Assembly: GCA_964016885.1 (NCBI GenBank)
Contig: OZ024742.1
Span: 102,548,001 to 102,612,000 of the forward strand
Origin: Eledone cirrhosa
Taxonomy: Eukaryota
Length of the DNA: 64,000 nucleotides
Direction: 5' to 3'
Every line of letters starts with the position of its first letter. The stretch's first letter is position 1. A program made the translations under genes and the position numbers. The notes under the pieces are model-generated. The model searched no databases. It worked only from the letters and a program-made list of their open reading frames with translations, and was not told where the DNA came from. Of the stretch, positions 33,526 through 46,962 are shown in pieces.

Positions 33526-33878
33526 TAATCTTCCCCCCCCCCCCCTCCTTTCTTTCTCTTTATTATGTGAAATATTTATAAAACGAAGTGTATTTCATTA
33601 TAAATTCAGTACCGAACGGGTTGATCCGAAGTCAGCATGACTGAGCAGACTTTTGATGAAAATCATTCTAGCCATGACCATTCCATCTGTTTCTTACGTG
33701 CAGAGAACATAAGACTGTATTGTTCAACGCCTTCTTTTCGAAGGTTGCAAAGTCAATTCTGAGGGAGATTTGGGTGCTATTTCTAACAGATCGAGTGACA
33801 ACGTAAAGGCTTCGTCGAAAGCTCACAATGGTGGTGACATTTGTATTAGTGATGGTGATGTGGTGGTGTTGTGTATAT

Positions 33879-34473
33879 TTGTTTCTACTTTTGGCACAAG
33901 GCCGGCAATTACCTAGTACATTACTGGTACTTTATTTTATCGACCCCGTAAGGATGAAAGGCAAAGTTAACCTCAGCGGGATTTGAACTCAGACTGTAAA
34001 AGGACGTAACTACGCTGGAAAGCATGGCGTCCGACCCTCGACCGATACTGCCAATCCACCACCCTCTTAATAATGGTTTCTTATATTGGCACAAGGCCAT
34101 TTGAAGGGGAGGGGAAAGTCGATTAAATCGACCGCAGTGCGTGACTGGTACTTTATTTTATCGACCCCGTAAAGATAAAAGACAAAGTTAACCTCGGCGG
34201 GATTTGAACTCAGAATGGCAAGGGCCGTAACTCTATACTGCAAAACATGGTGTCCGACCCTCTACCGATACTGCCAATCCACCGCCCTTAATAATTGTTT
34301 CTACTTTAGGCACAAGGCCAGCAAATACCCAGTGCATTACTGGTACTTTATTTTATCGACCCCGTAAGGATGAACGGCAAAGTCAACCTCGGCGGGATTT
34401 GAACTCAGATCGTAAAGGGACGTAACTATGCTGGAAAGCATGTCCGACCCTCTGCCGATACTGCCAATCCACC
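33879..34473 (-). mobile_element. Three head-to-tail SINE copies
   Basis: 33879-34063, 34073-34288 and 34293-34473, joined by short TAA linkers. Confidence 0.88.
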
Positions 34474-35043
34474 ACATAATGGTAGGATGATAGGAGTGGT
34501 GGTTGTAGTAGACGAGATGGTGGTGGTAGTGGTAGTGGTGGTAGTGGTGGTGGTGGTGGTGGTGGTGGGGATGAGGAGGTTAAAGGTAGAAGTGGTAATA
34601 GACGTAGTGGTATCTGTTGTATATTTGATGGGGGTTAGAGTGAAAAGTGATGATAGTAATGGTAGTAGTGGTAGTAGTGGTAGTTATTAGAGTGGCTGGA
34701 GGAGGTATGTTGGTTGGTGCTAGTGGTGGCAGTGGACATGACTCTATTTGCTTGTTTTTTTTAAATATTTTTTTCTCTTGTGATATTTGATATTGTTGCT
34801 GTTATTGCTGTTGTTGTTGTTTTTATTGTTATTGCTATTGTTGCTGTTATTATTGTTGTTTTTTATTATGATTGTTGTTTTTATCGTTGTTATTGCTGTT
34901 GTTGTGGTTATTATTGCTATTGCTGTTATTGTTATTGCTATCGATGCTGTTATTTATGTTATTGTTGTTGTTGTTGTTGTTGTTGTTGCTATTCTTGTTG
35001 TTGTTATTGTTGTTATTGCTGTTGTTGTTGCTGTTGTTGCTTC

Positions 35044-35086
<43 letters not shown>

Positions 35087-35534
35087 GCTGTCGTTGTTAT
35101 TGATGTTGTTCTTATCATTGCTGATGTTGTTATTGTTGTTATTGTTGATGTTGTTATTGTTATCATTGCTGTTGTCGTTGATGATGATGATGTCTCCTTT
35201 GACACAATGGTGGTGTTTAATACCTATGATTCCCTTCCTCCAATCAGATGGCTTGACGAACGAACAAGTCCCGAGATTTTGGTCCTGTCCTTACGGACGT
35301 TAGCTATCTGGCCAGAATTACTCAAGTGTAGGCTATAAATTCACCCCACCATCGCCGCCACTCCTCATTCTCCACTCATCAGTATATAACACTGATTTCA
35401 CTCCCACTTACTGAAAAATGAGGTCACTTTGTTTCACTGTCCATTGCTTTATGGTTCACTGAATTTATCAAGTTGTATTGGTTGGGTGGATAAGCAGAGA
35501 ATATTCTAATCGAATAACTGAGTTCGCATCACAT

Positions 35535-35720
35535 AGATTGGCAGTATCGGTAGAGAGTCTGACACCATGCTTTGAAGCATAGAGTTACGTCCCTTTATGA
35601 TCTGAGTTCAAATCCCGCCGAGGTTAACTTTGCCTTTCATCCTTACGAGGTCGATGAAATAAAGTACCAGTAATGTACTGGGGTAATTGCTGGTCTTGTG
35701 CCAAAAGTAGAAACAATTAT
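35535..35720 (+). mobile_element. SINE, full copy
   Basis: Same family as 10219-10408. Confidence 0.85.
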
Positions 35721-35828
35721 TAACGTTGAGTTGTCCCGCACCGAAATTACTAAAGCCTCTCTCTACTTCCATTTCAGAGGATATGCTGGTTGTAGTTTGT
35801 AGTGCTAATATGTTGACGTTGTGTAGGG

Positions 35829-36015
35829 CAGACATGTCAAACATGCGACCCTTTACAAGCACACCTGCGGCCCGCACAAAGGTTTTTACAGCGCGAGCGT
35901 AATGTGAAATAAAAATGTTAGTTGTAACGTGTGCAATTAGTTGTCATGTGTGGCCCTCAGACAATACATATGTGACCCATGTGGCCCTCGGGGGACCCCC
36001 AGTTTGACGTGCCTG
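35829..36015. mobile_element. hAT (Charlie-like) MITE
   Basis: TIRs CAGACATGTCAAAC / GTTTGACGTGCCTG, with a degenerate 8-bp TSD GTGTAGGG / GTATAGGA. Confidence 0.72.
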
Positions 36016-36243
36016 GTATAGGACATATTCAACTCTGATGCTTTTTAAAATCATTTTGGTACCAAACCGCCCGAAACCGCTACTGGTTCTATGATAGAAA
36101 ACTGTTTATTTTATAGTGTTTATATCTATTTAAACATTCCATCATAATTATATATGAGAAACTTAGTTATGTTATGTTCCAAACAACAGCTTAATAACGA
36201 GAAAGTTAGTTATATTACCAAATCCCTCCAAATTGTTGATTAT

Positions 36244-36390
36244 TTGTACCGGTCCCCATCGAGCCTCAGGCATCCTCAGAACTTGTGCAGCTGACTTTCT
36301 CCGTAAAGTCGGAATAATAGCAACCCGTCTGAGGTAGGGTAGCTGTTGCAGCGGGTGTCGCTGTCCATTGTCCGCGGTAATGTCTTTACC
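36244..36390 (+). pseudogene. Second CRE-clade endonuclease remnant
   Basis: FVPVPIE/GILRTCAADFLRKVG..LLQRVSLSIVRGN, with a frameshift and a stop. Confidence 0.7.
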
Positions 36391-36440
36391 AATTGGTCCA
36401 CAGGACGCAGTCGAAACACCACTTTGACTTAGGTGTAGAG

Positions 36441-36901
36441 CAAGGGTTGGCAACGTCTTTGCCTCCAAGGACCGGATCGGGTATTAATGACAGATAGCGG
36501 GCTGGACGAAGACCATAAAAGAATAATTATGGAAAATGACACAAGCTAAAATTTAATCACGAATGTTGACTATACTTTAAAATAATTTGTATTAACCACA
36601 GATGAATGTAGTAATTGAAAAACATCATTTATTCAATTTAAGACATCGTTGGAATCATTTGTTTAAAAAATCTTAAAAATACATAGCAGCCAAAAAATTA
36701 ATGGGAAAACTTGATGTTTTTGTTCCTTGAAATCTTCTCAATATTAGGCTTGATGCCAAGAGCAAGATATTATCTCGTCTCTTATATAACAATAAATTTA
36801 AATTTTAAATAAGCAACTCATTGGGCATCAGTTCTCGCGGGCCGGTTAAAATCTCTTCGCGAGCTGGATCCGGCCCGCGGGCCGTAGGTTGCCGACCCCT
36901 G
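36441..36901. mobile_element. hAT (Charlie-like) non-autonomous DNA transposon
   Basis: TIRs CAAGGGTTGGCAAC / GTTGCCGACCCCTG, with an exact 8-bp TSD GTGTAGAG at 36433-36440 and 36902-36909. Confidence 0.88.
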
Positions 36902-37737
36902 GTGTAGAGTCTGTCAACCTCTCCACTTCCCTCTTTCTTTGGTTACTCAATAATCCTTACCCTTTCCCTCCTTTCCTCTCATTTATAGTCTTTTCCAATA
37001 CTACTTTATTTTTGACTAAATATTAAACTAAATATTAAACTGTTTATTCTTTTTATCTAATTTTTATCTAATTAACTTATATCTTTGAATTTTAACAATG
37101 TATTTTAGCTGGAATTTTTTGAAATTTTGGCTTTGTGATTATATTTTCAAAATTAATTGAAAAATCATATGCTGTATCTTTCATGAGTAACAGGGTAACG
37201 AAAGTATTAATTGGCAGTCATTCCCAACAAGGCGGCAAGTATCCAGCAATTCAGCAGGTACCAAGCAACCACATAATTTGTGCGAAATTACTAAACAAGA
37301 AAACAGAAAGAAAAATCTAATGAAACATTATCATTCAAATTAGAAAATAATCAACAGAAGATTTAACCTTATCGTTATCATATTTCTAATGAAAGGCATT
37401 GTATTCGGGGCTGGATTGGGACGTTTTGAAACATTAAACACTAAAATATTATAGTGTCCCTCCCCATATATAAAGTGCGCAATGTGTAGCGACATGCAAA
37501 AGTACATGAACTCCAACCTCAGCCGACTATTCCCAGTGAATGTTTTGGTTGCCGACTCTGTCCAAGACATTTTAGATCATTGGCTGGGCTAAAAAGCCAC
37601 ATTCGATCGCAGCGCAGTTAGTTGCTATCGCGCGTGTGTGTGTGTGTGTGTGTAGATATGTTTATGTGTGTGCGTGTGTGTGTATATATATATGTATATG
37701 TATATTATTATTGTTGTTGTCGTTGTTATTATTATTG

Positions 37738-37774
<37 letters not shown>

Positions 37775-37814
37775 ATATGTGTGTATGTATATATATATGT
37801 GTATATATGTATAT

Positions 37815-37887
<73 letters not shown>

Positions 37888-37936
37888 TTTATTTCCTTTT
37901 TTATTTATTTATTAATATTTTTTTTTCTCCTCGTGC

Positions 37937-37972
37937 AATGGCCATACTCGATAACGAGGGGGCAGCCATCAT
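37937..37972 (+). mobile_element. Terminal 3' stub of the RTE-derived element
   Basis: AATGGCCATACTCGATAACGAGGGGGCAGCCATCAT is identical to the end of the 32505-32883 copy. Confidence 0.65.
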
Positions 37973-38185
37973 ATATATATAGTAATAATAGTAATAATAA
38001 TCATAGTAATAATAAATTTGAAGACTATTTGAAGTATTAATTGGCAGTCATTCCCAAGAAGGCGGCAAGTAACCAACAATTCAGCAGGTACCAAACGAAA
38101 GAAGTGATAGTGAAGATAGAGGAAGAAAAAAAAAAAAGGAAAAGAGGAAAAAAACGAAGTAAACATACCGATATAAGTTAATAAT

Positions 38186-38388
38186 ATATATCCGCTGCAA
38201 CAGCCACCCCACCTCACCAGGCTTCTTCCTCAGGCGGGCTGCTGACGTTCCGATCTTGCAGAGGAGCTCGGCAGTATGGGATCCAAGTACGCCTAAGGTC
38301 TCGACGTTGACCGGTGCGAAGAGGAAGCGACCGGTGTTCCTTTCCTCTGCAAGGCGGGCGGCAGTACCGGGGTTTGTGGCCGAAGAAT
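38186..38388 (-). pseudogene. CRE-clade non-LTR retrotransposon endonuclease remnant
   Basis: A frame absent from the ORF track reads PGTAARLAEER..FLFAPVNVETLGVLG..LLCKIG..GEVGWLLQRI. This matches the CRE RLE C-terminus (FxPxAxETLG..LxQRxS). Confidence 0.75.
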
Positions 38389-38728
38389 TGTTTTAAGAAG
38401 TGAGATGAAAAGCTTAAAAAAAGAAAGAACAATGCTTTTGAATTCGATCAAGATGGCGAATTAGCCGAGTCGTTAGGGCGTCGGATCGAATGTTTTGTGG
38501 TATTGGCTCCGGCTCGATGGATAGAAAACTTTGTGGTATTGGTTCCGGTTCGCTGCACTCGGAGTTCAAATCCCGTCGAGATAAACTTTGTGGTGGTGGT
38601 GGGTGTAATGGTATTATGTTAGCCCCTTTAGTAGTGTGCCGGTGACCATAGTGATATGATAATGGTTTTAGTGGTGCCGTGGCGATTGTAATGTGATGGT
38701 GGGGGTTGTAGTAGTATTTGTAGTAGCA

Positions 38729-39024
38729 TACGAGGGTTGACTGGTAGGTTCATAGGCTGAGTATGAAAGAAGGATGATAGAGCTGTGAAACCTTGCATGC
38801 ATTCATTTTAACTCTTTGTATTAATAACTGCATTGTTTCTTTCCAGGGACTATGTTGTAAAATAAACCTCATTTGGTCATTCGATGAGGTTTATTTTTCA
38901 ACATAGTCCATGGAAAGTAACAGTGCAATTATTAAGAAGAATTGAAATTAATGCAAGCAAGATTTCACAGCTCTAGCATCACTCCTTCATAGTCGGCCTA
39001 TGAACCTTTCAGCCAGCCATCGTA
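38729..39024. mobile_element. Palindromic mariner-derived MITE
   Basis: TACGAGGG..CCATCGTA termini with long inverted arms and a TA target site. Confidence 0.8.
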
Positions 39025-39497
39025 GCTCTATACATCAGGCGATATGTTTAGAAGTGTTGTGGTAGTTTATTTGGCAGTATTGTTAAATCATTCGATATTT
39101 GTTCCGCGTCTTTGCCTTCTGAGGTCAAATCTTACAGCGACCCACGCTACCATTCATCCTCTCCGGGTCGATAAAGAAAGTACCAGTCCATACTGGTGCA
39201 ACCCTCTTTCCTTCCAACTATCACACTCTGGATGTTTTGCAGGATCAAAGGAACAGGGGTGAGAGGGTGTCTGTGTCTGCTCGCGACTGTACAGCCACCT
39301 AAAACATTTAGCGAAAACATGCTACATGCTAGATTCTACCAAGTCATACTCGATTGCGATCGACGGCCATAGTAACAGTTTTTAGTTAGGTAGCAGGAAG
39401 AGGTAGTAAAAGCCAGAGAAGACATCAATAGTGTAATGCAAACGATTGTAAAGAAGAAGAAGAAGAAGAAGAAGAAGAAGAAGAAGAAGAAGAAGAA

Positions 39498-39586
<89 letters not shown>

Positions 39587-40147
39587 CACGATAGAAAATA
39601 CGTATATCTGTGGTAATGGAGAGGAATGTTTTTTGTTGTTGTTGTTTTTTTGTTTGTTTTTTTACGTAGTCTGTAGGATGTGTGTAAGGGATCAGAGAGG
39701 AGGTTAAAAAAAGGTTCAGTAATATTGTTGATAGGGACTAGAGTCAGTCTATTCAGACATTCAGACAATTCCCTATCAGGATGAATGAGTCTTTGGAATG
39801 AGCTATTTTTTCCATTGCTCCGCTGTTCATGTTTTCTAATGCAGCTTCATTGAGAAAAGACCTCATCTTCTGATAATGTTTCCTCTGCTGTATGTATATA
39901 CTCTACATGCATATATATATATGTGTGTGTGTAAGTATGTATGTATACGTACATACATATATGTATACAGACGTACAGTAGTATGTATATATATACATAC
40001 ATGCACACATATATATATATGCACGTATCGGTTTACCGAACATTTATTATACTGTTCGGTTTGTTTGTAAACAAACAAACAGCCCGAATTACGCCGTACA
40101 GTGTTTAGGCAACCCCGTCACCTTTTTGTTCAACACTGACACAGGAA

Positions 40148-40188
40148 CGATGTACTAGTTTCAAGCTTATTAGCTATCGTCAGCATCG
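40148..40188 (-). ncRNA. Minimal type I hammerhead ribozyme motif (family F; element ~39880-40275)
   Basis: CGATG-CTGACGA-tAGCTaataAGCTt-GAAA-CTAG-TA-CATCG. Intact core with a palindromic stem III. Confidence 0.82.
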
Positions 40189-40326
40189 TATACCTTCCTG
40201 CCAGATGGTTGAACGTCTGAAAGTATATACTTTCCTGATGCATATTAACGGCTGAGCAGCCTAATTTGCATATCGAGTGACTGCCGTACTAAGAGTGAGA
40301 AATGAAATTTCGTTTCATTCTTTTCC

Positions 40327-40395
<69 letters not shown>

Positions 40396-40405
40396 CATAC
40401 ACACA

Positions 40406-40476
<71 letters not shown>

Positions 40477-40497
40477 TACATACATATATATATATAT

Positions 40498-40767
40498 ATT
40501 AGAAAGTGAAGGTTTTTTTACAAAATGAAAAATAACCGAGGTATCCTACACGAGTGAAAGTATAAAGAAAAAGAGATGAAATCGAAAATGAAACTGGAGT
40601 CTTATTTTTTTTTTAAATATATATATTTATTTGGTTCCTTTACCGGTTTCGCAGTTCTTCTGCTTTTCAAAAGGTGAGTTGAGATGGAGGGTCTGTGGTT
40701 TTTCTCACATCTGTGAGAAAAACCACAGACCCTCCATCCAGTTGCATTTTCGATTTCATCTCTTTTT

Positions 40768-40771
<4 letters not shown>
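40498..40771. mobile_element. Fold-back family C copy, opposite orientation, one arm internally deleted
   Basis: Same sequence and same hairpin centre as the other two copies. Flanked by (TA)n. Confidence 0.7.
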
Positions 40772-40813
<42 letters not shown>

Positions 40814-41606
40814 GATATTAATAAATGGAAACTATATTTATAAAACCATATTTATTTCATTATACATATTTCAGGGATACCACATTAAATTATGGTATGC
40901 CTTCATCAGACAAAATACAATATATAACAGTTTTACAAATAGGTTTGACGTACCCTTTAAAATACAACCATTACTTTTGGAGGCTGTCTGGATAGTGATT
41001 TGTTCATATAATAAGTCATAGTGTTAAGCACAATTAGAAAAAGGCGGATAGAAAGAAAGAGAAAAGAACAAAGACAGAGAGAGAGAAAGAAAAGAGAAAG
41101 AAAACCTGGAGAAATATCGGAGAGAGAGAGAAAAGTATGGAGAAAAGAAAGAGATAGATAAAGATAGGAGGAAATAAAAAATAAAAAAGAAAGAAAAGGA
41201 AGGAATAAGAAAAACAAAGGAAAGCAACAGAGAGATATCAAGTCATCATACAGAAAGAGAAACTCAAGAGAGAGAAATACTATATAGAGAGAGGGCGACA
41301 GTGACAACTTTACGTCATGTCATATTAAGTTAAGTTAACAATTTATATGAAATGAATAATAAAAATATAAATATAAGTATCAATATTCATGAATGGGACA
41401 TAGATATATAATATGAGAAATTAAACATTGTTCAATAATGACCATATGTTTAGTTTAGAAATTTGAGATCAATATACCAAAATCTGAGTTCAAAATGTAC
41501 CCTTGGTATAGAGATTAGTATTTTATGCAAAGACATACAAATAGATATGTATATATACATACATATAGATACGCACGTCCTGAAAATAGAAATTATGTTT
41601 ACTCAA

Positions 41607-41659
<53 letters not shown>

Positions 41660-41663
<4 letters not shown>

Positions 41664-41738
41664 GTTTCTACTTTAGGCACAAGGCCAGCAAATACCCAGT
41701 GCATTACTGGTACTTTATTTTATCGACCCCGTAAGGAT
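41660..41738 (-). mobile_element. SINE 3' half
   Basis: Core and tail only. Confidence 0.8.
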
Positions 41739-41897
41739 ATAATATGTGTGTGTGTGTTATAGAAATGACTTTCCTGGTGATTTCAAACGAACGAAACAGT
41801 TTTAGTCCTGAAGACGTCATTTCTATATGAAATATATTTGTACATTCTCTATTAATGTATTAAGAAACTTATTTAACCGTGGTTGTCTTTATATTTA

Positions 41898-42028
41898 AAT
41901 TTCTAGCCTGATAGTGGGGTTTATAACCCTCGGAGAAATGGAAAAAGATGAGTGTTGCCGTACATGGCAACACTCATCTTTTTCCATTTCTCCGAGAGTT
42001 ATAAACCCCACTATCAGGCTAGAAATTT
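41898..42028. repeat. Near-perfect ~130-bp palindrome (related hairpin at 42426-42548)
   Basis: AAATTTCTAGCCTGATAG...GTTGCC gtacat GGCAAC...CTATCAGGCTAGAAATTT. Confidence 0.85.
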
Positions 42029-42072
42029 CTTTAGTCTAAAATACGGTGAAAGCTTATAATTTCTAATTTCCA

Positions 42073-42169
<97 letters not shown>

Positions 42170-42565
42170 CATTTCTTACGAATGAAACAGTTCTAATCCT
42201 TTTACATTCAAATCTAATTTAGTCCAGAAATAGCCGTCGAGACAGCTTGAGCTCTGATGTAGGGGTCTTGAAGAATTTCCTATTACCCACTCTACTACCC
42301 TAAGTATTGAGTACTCTGGTGCGTTATGGTCCAACTGGTTCGTTACCACACTTCCTTCGTTATATATATATATATATCAAGTAAGAATATTTTCGAAACA
42401 GCGAGTGGGTTTGAAATTATTAGAAATGTGAGCTATCGCCGTATTTTGACTAAAGAAATTAAAGAAATTATCCGAGGGTTCTTAACCCCACCATCAGGCT
42501 AAATAATTTCTTTAATTTCTTTAGTCAAAATACGGCGATAGCTTACATATATGTATATATATATA

Positions 42566-42757
42566 TAGGAACCAGTAAGACCCCGACGGTTGAGCTCAAG
42601 CCGTTTCGACGGCTAATTCAGTCCAGAATTAGCCGTCGAAACGGCTTGAGCTCAGCCGTCGGGGTCTTACTGGTTCCTATTACCCACTCTACTACCCTAA
42701 GTATTGAGTACTTTGGTGCGTTATGGTCCACCTGGTTCCTTACCACATTCCCTTCGT

Positions 42758-42759
<2 letters not shown>
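42566..42759 (+). mobile_element. Family D fold-back copy (direct 3' copy also at 42216-42361)
   Basis: ~54-bp inverted arms with a 6-nt loop, then the same 3' tail as 27880-27959. Confidence 0.72.
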
Positions 42760-42810
<51 letters not shown>

Positions 42811-43044
42811 GTAAACTATCGCCGTATTTTAACTAAAGAAATTAAAGAAATTATATAAATATATATATAGAGAGAGAGAAATTCCCGAGTTGTGTCGGAG
42901 GGTAACCATAGTTAAAGAAAGTACTCAATACATTGGTAGAGTATAAGCATCTTTATTATATATAGAAATGATTTCTAGAAGACTAGAACTGTTTCATATG
43001 AATCAAACAGTTCTAGTCCTGTATAAGTATGTATAAATGTGTGT

Positions 43045-43535
43045 GTGTATGTATGTATGTATGTATGTATGTATGTATGTATGTATGTATGTATGTATGT
43101 ATGTATGTATGTATGTATGTATGTTTGTATGTATGTATGTATGTATGTATGTATGCATGTATGTATGTATGTATGTATGTATGCATGTATGTATGTATGT
43201 ATGTATGTATGTATGTATGCATGTATGTATGTATGTATGTATGTATGCATGTATGTATGTATGTATGCATGTATGCATGTATGTATGTATGTATGTATGT
43301 ATGTATGCATGTATGTATGTATGCATGTATGCATGTATGTATGTATGCATGTATGTATGCATGTATGTGTGTATGCATGTATGTATGTATGTATGTATGT
43401 ATGTATGTATGTATGTATGCATGTATGTATGTATGTATGTATGTATGTATGTATGTATGTATGTATGCATGTATGTATGTATGTATGTATGCATGTATGT
43501 ATGTATGTATGTATGTATGTATGTATGTATGTATG
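43045..43535. repeat. (TATG)n microsatellite
   Basis: Read directly. Confidence 0.95.
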
Positions 43536-44129
43536 TGTGTGTGTGTGTGTGAATATATATGTATGTATATATGGATAACAAAATATCGTCTTCTTTTGAC
43601 TTGGACCGCTTTCCTTGAATTGATTGGCTACACCTGACGTCCACCATTTTATTTCACAGCATGCATCACGTGACCGTCTGCAGGAAAAGAATACTGTTCG
43701 TTTGTTTTTGTTGGTCGACAGAAGATGGCGCAGAGAATGAAGCTAATGGAATGGGTATTCCGTACCGATCTCGACACTGTTGTTGTTATTAAACATAAAA
43801 CATCTTTCATCGAGATGGAAAGAATCTGTTTCGTTTACTTTATTGTTTCTTAACATAATCACCAAATCTTTCCTCTTTTGTCTGGCACTTTCTTGTCTGT
43901 CTGCCAGATTGACTGTCTGTCTGTATGTCTATCTGTCTGTCTGTTTGTCTATCTGTCTGTCTGTCAGTTTCTCTCTAAGCATGTCGCCTTCTCCCATTAC
44001 CCCCTCCCTCTTTTCTTTTTTTACTCTCTCTCTCTCTCCCTCGCTCTTAAAAATAGAGACTATTCAAGATTAATTTGCAAACCATTTGACAAATCGAAAA
44101 ACCTACATACAAATAGAAATATGTATTTA

Positions 44130-44840
<711 letters not shown>

Positions 44841-45491
44841 ACACACACACACGCATACATACATACATACATACATACATACATACATACATACATACAT
44901 ACATACACATATGCATACATACATACAGACAGACATACATACAGACAGATAAACAGACAGACAGACATACAGGCAGACAGACAGACAGACAACAATATTC
45001 AGTGAAATGATATCCGGCAAAATTAAAGTATATTCATATATTATTGAGACAAGGATGAGATGAAGAGAGACGGACGATGAAACGATACACAGTACCACAA
45101 CAGAAGTAGAGATAGAACCAAACTCCATTCCTGCTGCCAAAGATGAAGAACAGGGCTATGTTTCACAACTACAGACCTCCAGACCCCTATTTACTTGTTT
45201 ACAAATCCAGATTCCATTGCAGCTTGTTTTTTGGGGAGGTTGGGAGGGGCCTTATGTAAGAAATTTTGTCCAGTTTCTGAAGTAGCTTTTCGCTCCCTCA
45301 GACCCGTCTTCACATCTCACTCCCCCGTCCTTGTTTTGCGTATTCACTTCCTCTCTGGGTGTTGTTGTTTTGTTGTACATGTGTGTATATATGTATATAT
45401 GTATGTAAGTGTGTGTGTATGTATGTGTGTATGCATGTATGTATGTATATTCGTTTGTATATATGTATGTATGTATGTATTTATGTATGTG

Positions 45492-45541
<50 letters not shown>

Positions 45542-45682
45542 TTGATGTACGTATGTATGAATGTATGCAAGTATGTATGTATGTATTTATGTATATATAT
45601 ATGTATGTATGTTTGTTTGAATGTATTTATATATATATGTATGTATGTATTTATGTATGTATGAATGTATTTATATATGTAT

Positions 45683-45847
45683 GTTCTTCTGGTTTCATTA
45701 CTTTATTATGTTTTACCAATAAAGAGAAAGTCGGTTTCTAACATAGACAAGACGCTTTCATTGGAATTTAGACAACATCAACTAGGTAAATATGTCTGCA
45801 TAGATGTTATTGTATGTGTGGATCTGTATGGTTTGAGTTACACGTGC

Positions 45848-45850
<3 letters not shown>
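45683..45850 (-). mobile_element. R4/Dong family B, 3' UTR-only copy
   Basis: Diverged duplicate of 45928-46110 lying between TATG repeats. Confidence 0.8.
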
Positions 45851-45878
<28 letters not shown>

Positions 45879-45927
45879 TGTATGTATGTATGTATGTATG
45901 TATGTATGTATGTATGTATGTATGTAT

Positions 45928-46583
45928 GTTCTTCTGGTTTTATAATTTCACAAAGTTTTACCAATAGAGAGAGAGTCGGTTTCTAACATAGACACAAGAC
46001 TCTCTCATTGGAATTTACACAACATCAACTAGGTAGATATGTATGTATGCATGCATGTGTAGATATGGATGTTATTGTATGTGTGGATGTGTATGTTTTG
46101 AGTTGTATGTGTGCATGTGTATATGCTTTGTATCTGTACATGTGTATATGCAGTTATTAGATGCAACATTTTTGGAATGTTTTACATATTTTTACTGTTC
46201 CATTAATGGATTGTACTTGTAATTTCCTAACTAGTTGTGTTCTTTCTGTTCCTGTGAAGCCTAGCTTCTCAATATTTGTATTGAGGCAGTTACTAACATA
46301 TCCCAGTGCCCCAATAATCACAGGCATAAATCTGAAGGTGTAATCAGGGTGGAGTATCTGCAGATTTCTCATCAGTTCTGCATAAATATTCTCCTTTTCA
46401 CTAATCTTTGATATTATATTGGCATCTGCTGGGCAGCTAATTTCCACTACTGTGCATGTTTTCTTCTCCCTGTCCCATATCATAATATCTGGTCTGTTAT
46501 GCCTGCATTTTATTGGGGTTTTTACTGGAACATTCCACCAGTACTCTTTCATATTATGTACATGGATGTCTTCCACATTGTTG
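45928..46583 (-). mobile_element. R4/Dong family B, 5'-truncated copy (RLE domain + 3' UTR)
   Basis: Translation KEYWWNVPVKT..HNRPDIMIWD..VVEISCP..KENIY..PVIIGALG is homologous to but diverged from family A. Flanked by (TATG)n. Confidence 0.9.
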
Positions 46584-46616
46584 TATGTATGTATGTATGT
46601 ATGTATGAATGTATGT

Positions 46617-46937
46617 ATGATGTTGACTTGTTCTTCTTTTTGGTAAATATCATCTCGGTTAAGAGAGTGGGACTGGCTTTGTGCAGTGCCTTTGCTCACT
46701 ATAAAAGCTTCACGGCACAGGCATTGCTTTATATCTGGAGATCTCTCTGCACTTGTTGTCACATGGTACCATGGGCCCTGCACTGTGTCAATAATTGTCA
46801 CAAGTGTAGTGTTTGTACCAGAGTTTTCAAGTCGCTGGCTGGACTAAAAAGTCACACTCGTTCAGCGCATCGGTAGGGGTTCTCCTACATGGATATAAAG
46901 TAGTGGCCGTACTCGAAAACGAGTTGGCAGCCACCAT
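46617..46937 (+). mobile_element. RTE-derived non-autonomous element, 5'-truncated
   Basis: Reverse complement of 49477-49800. C2H2 finger codons at 46796-46876, followed by an (ATGT)n tail. Confidence 0.75.
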
Positions 46938-46962
46938 GTATGTATGTATGTATGTATGTATG

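Noticed and set aside
46157-46801. 214-aa ORF as one protein
   Set aside because: It is a chimera of antisense RTE-derived sequence, microsatellite and the R4 RLE domain.
46499-46876. Host C2H2 zinc-finger gene
   Set aside because: A single finger inside a dispersed repeat, directly before a retroelement 3' end.
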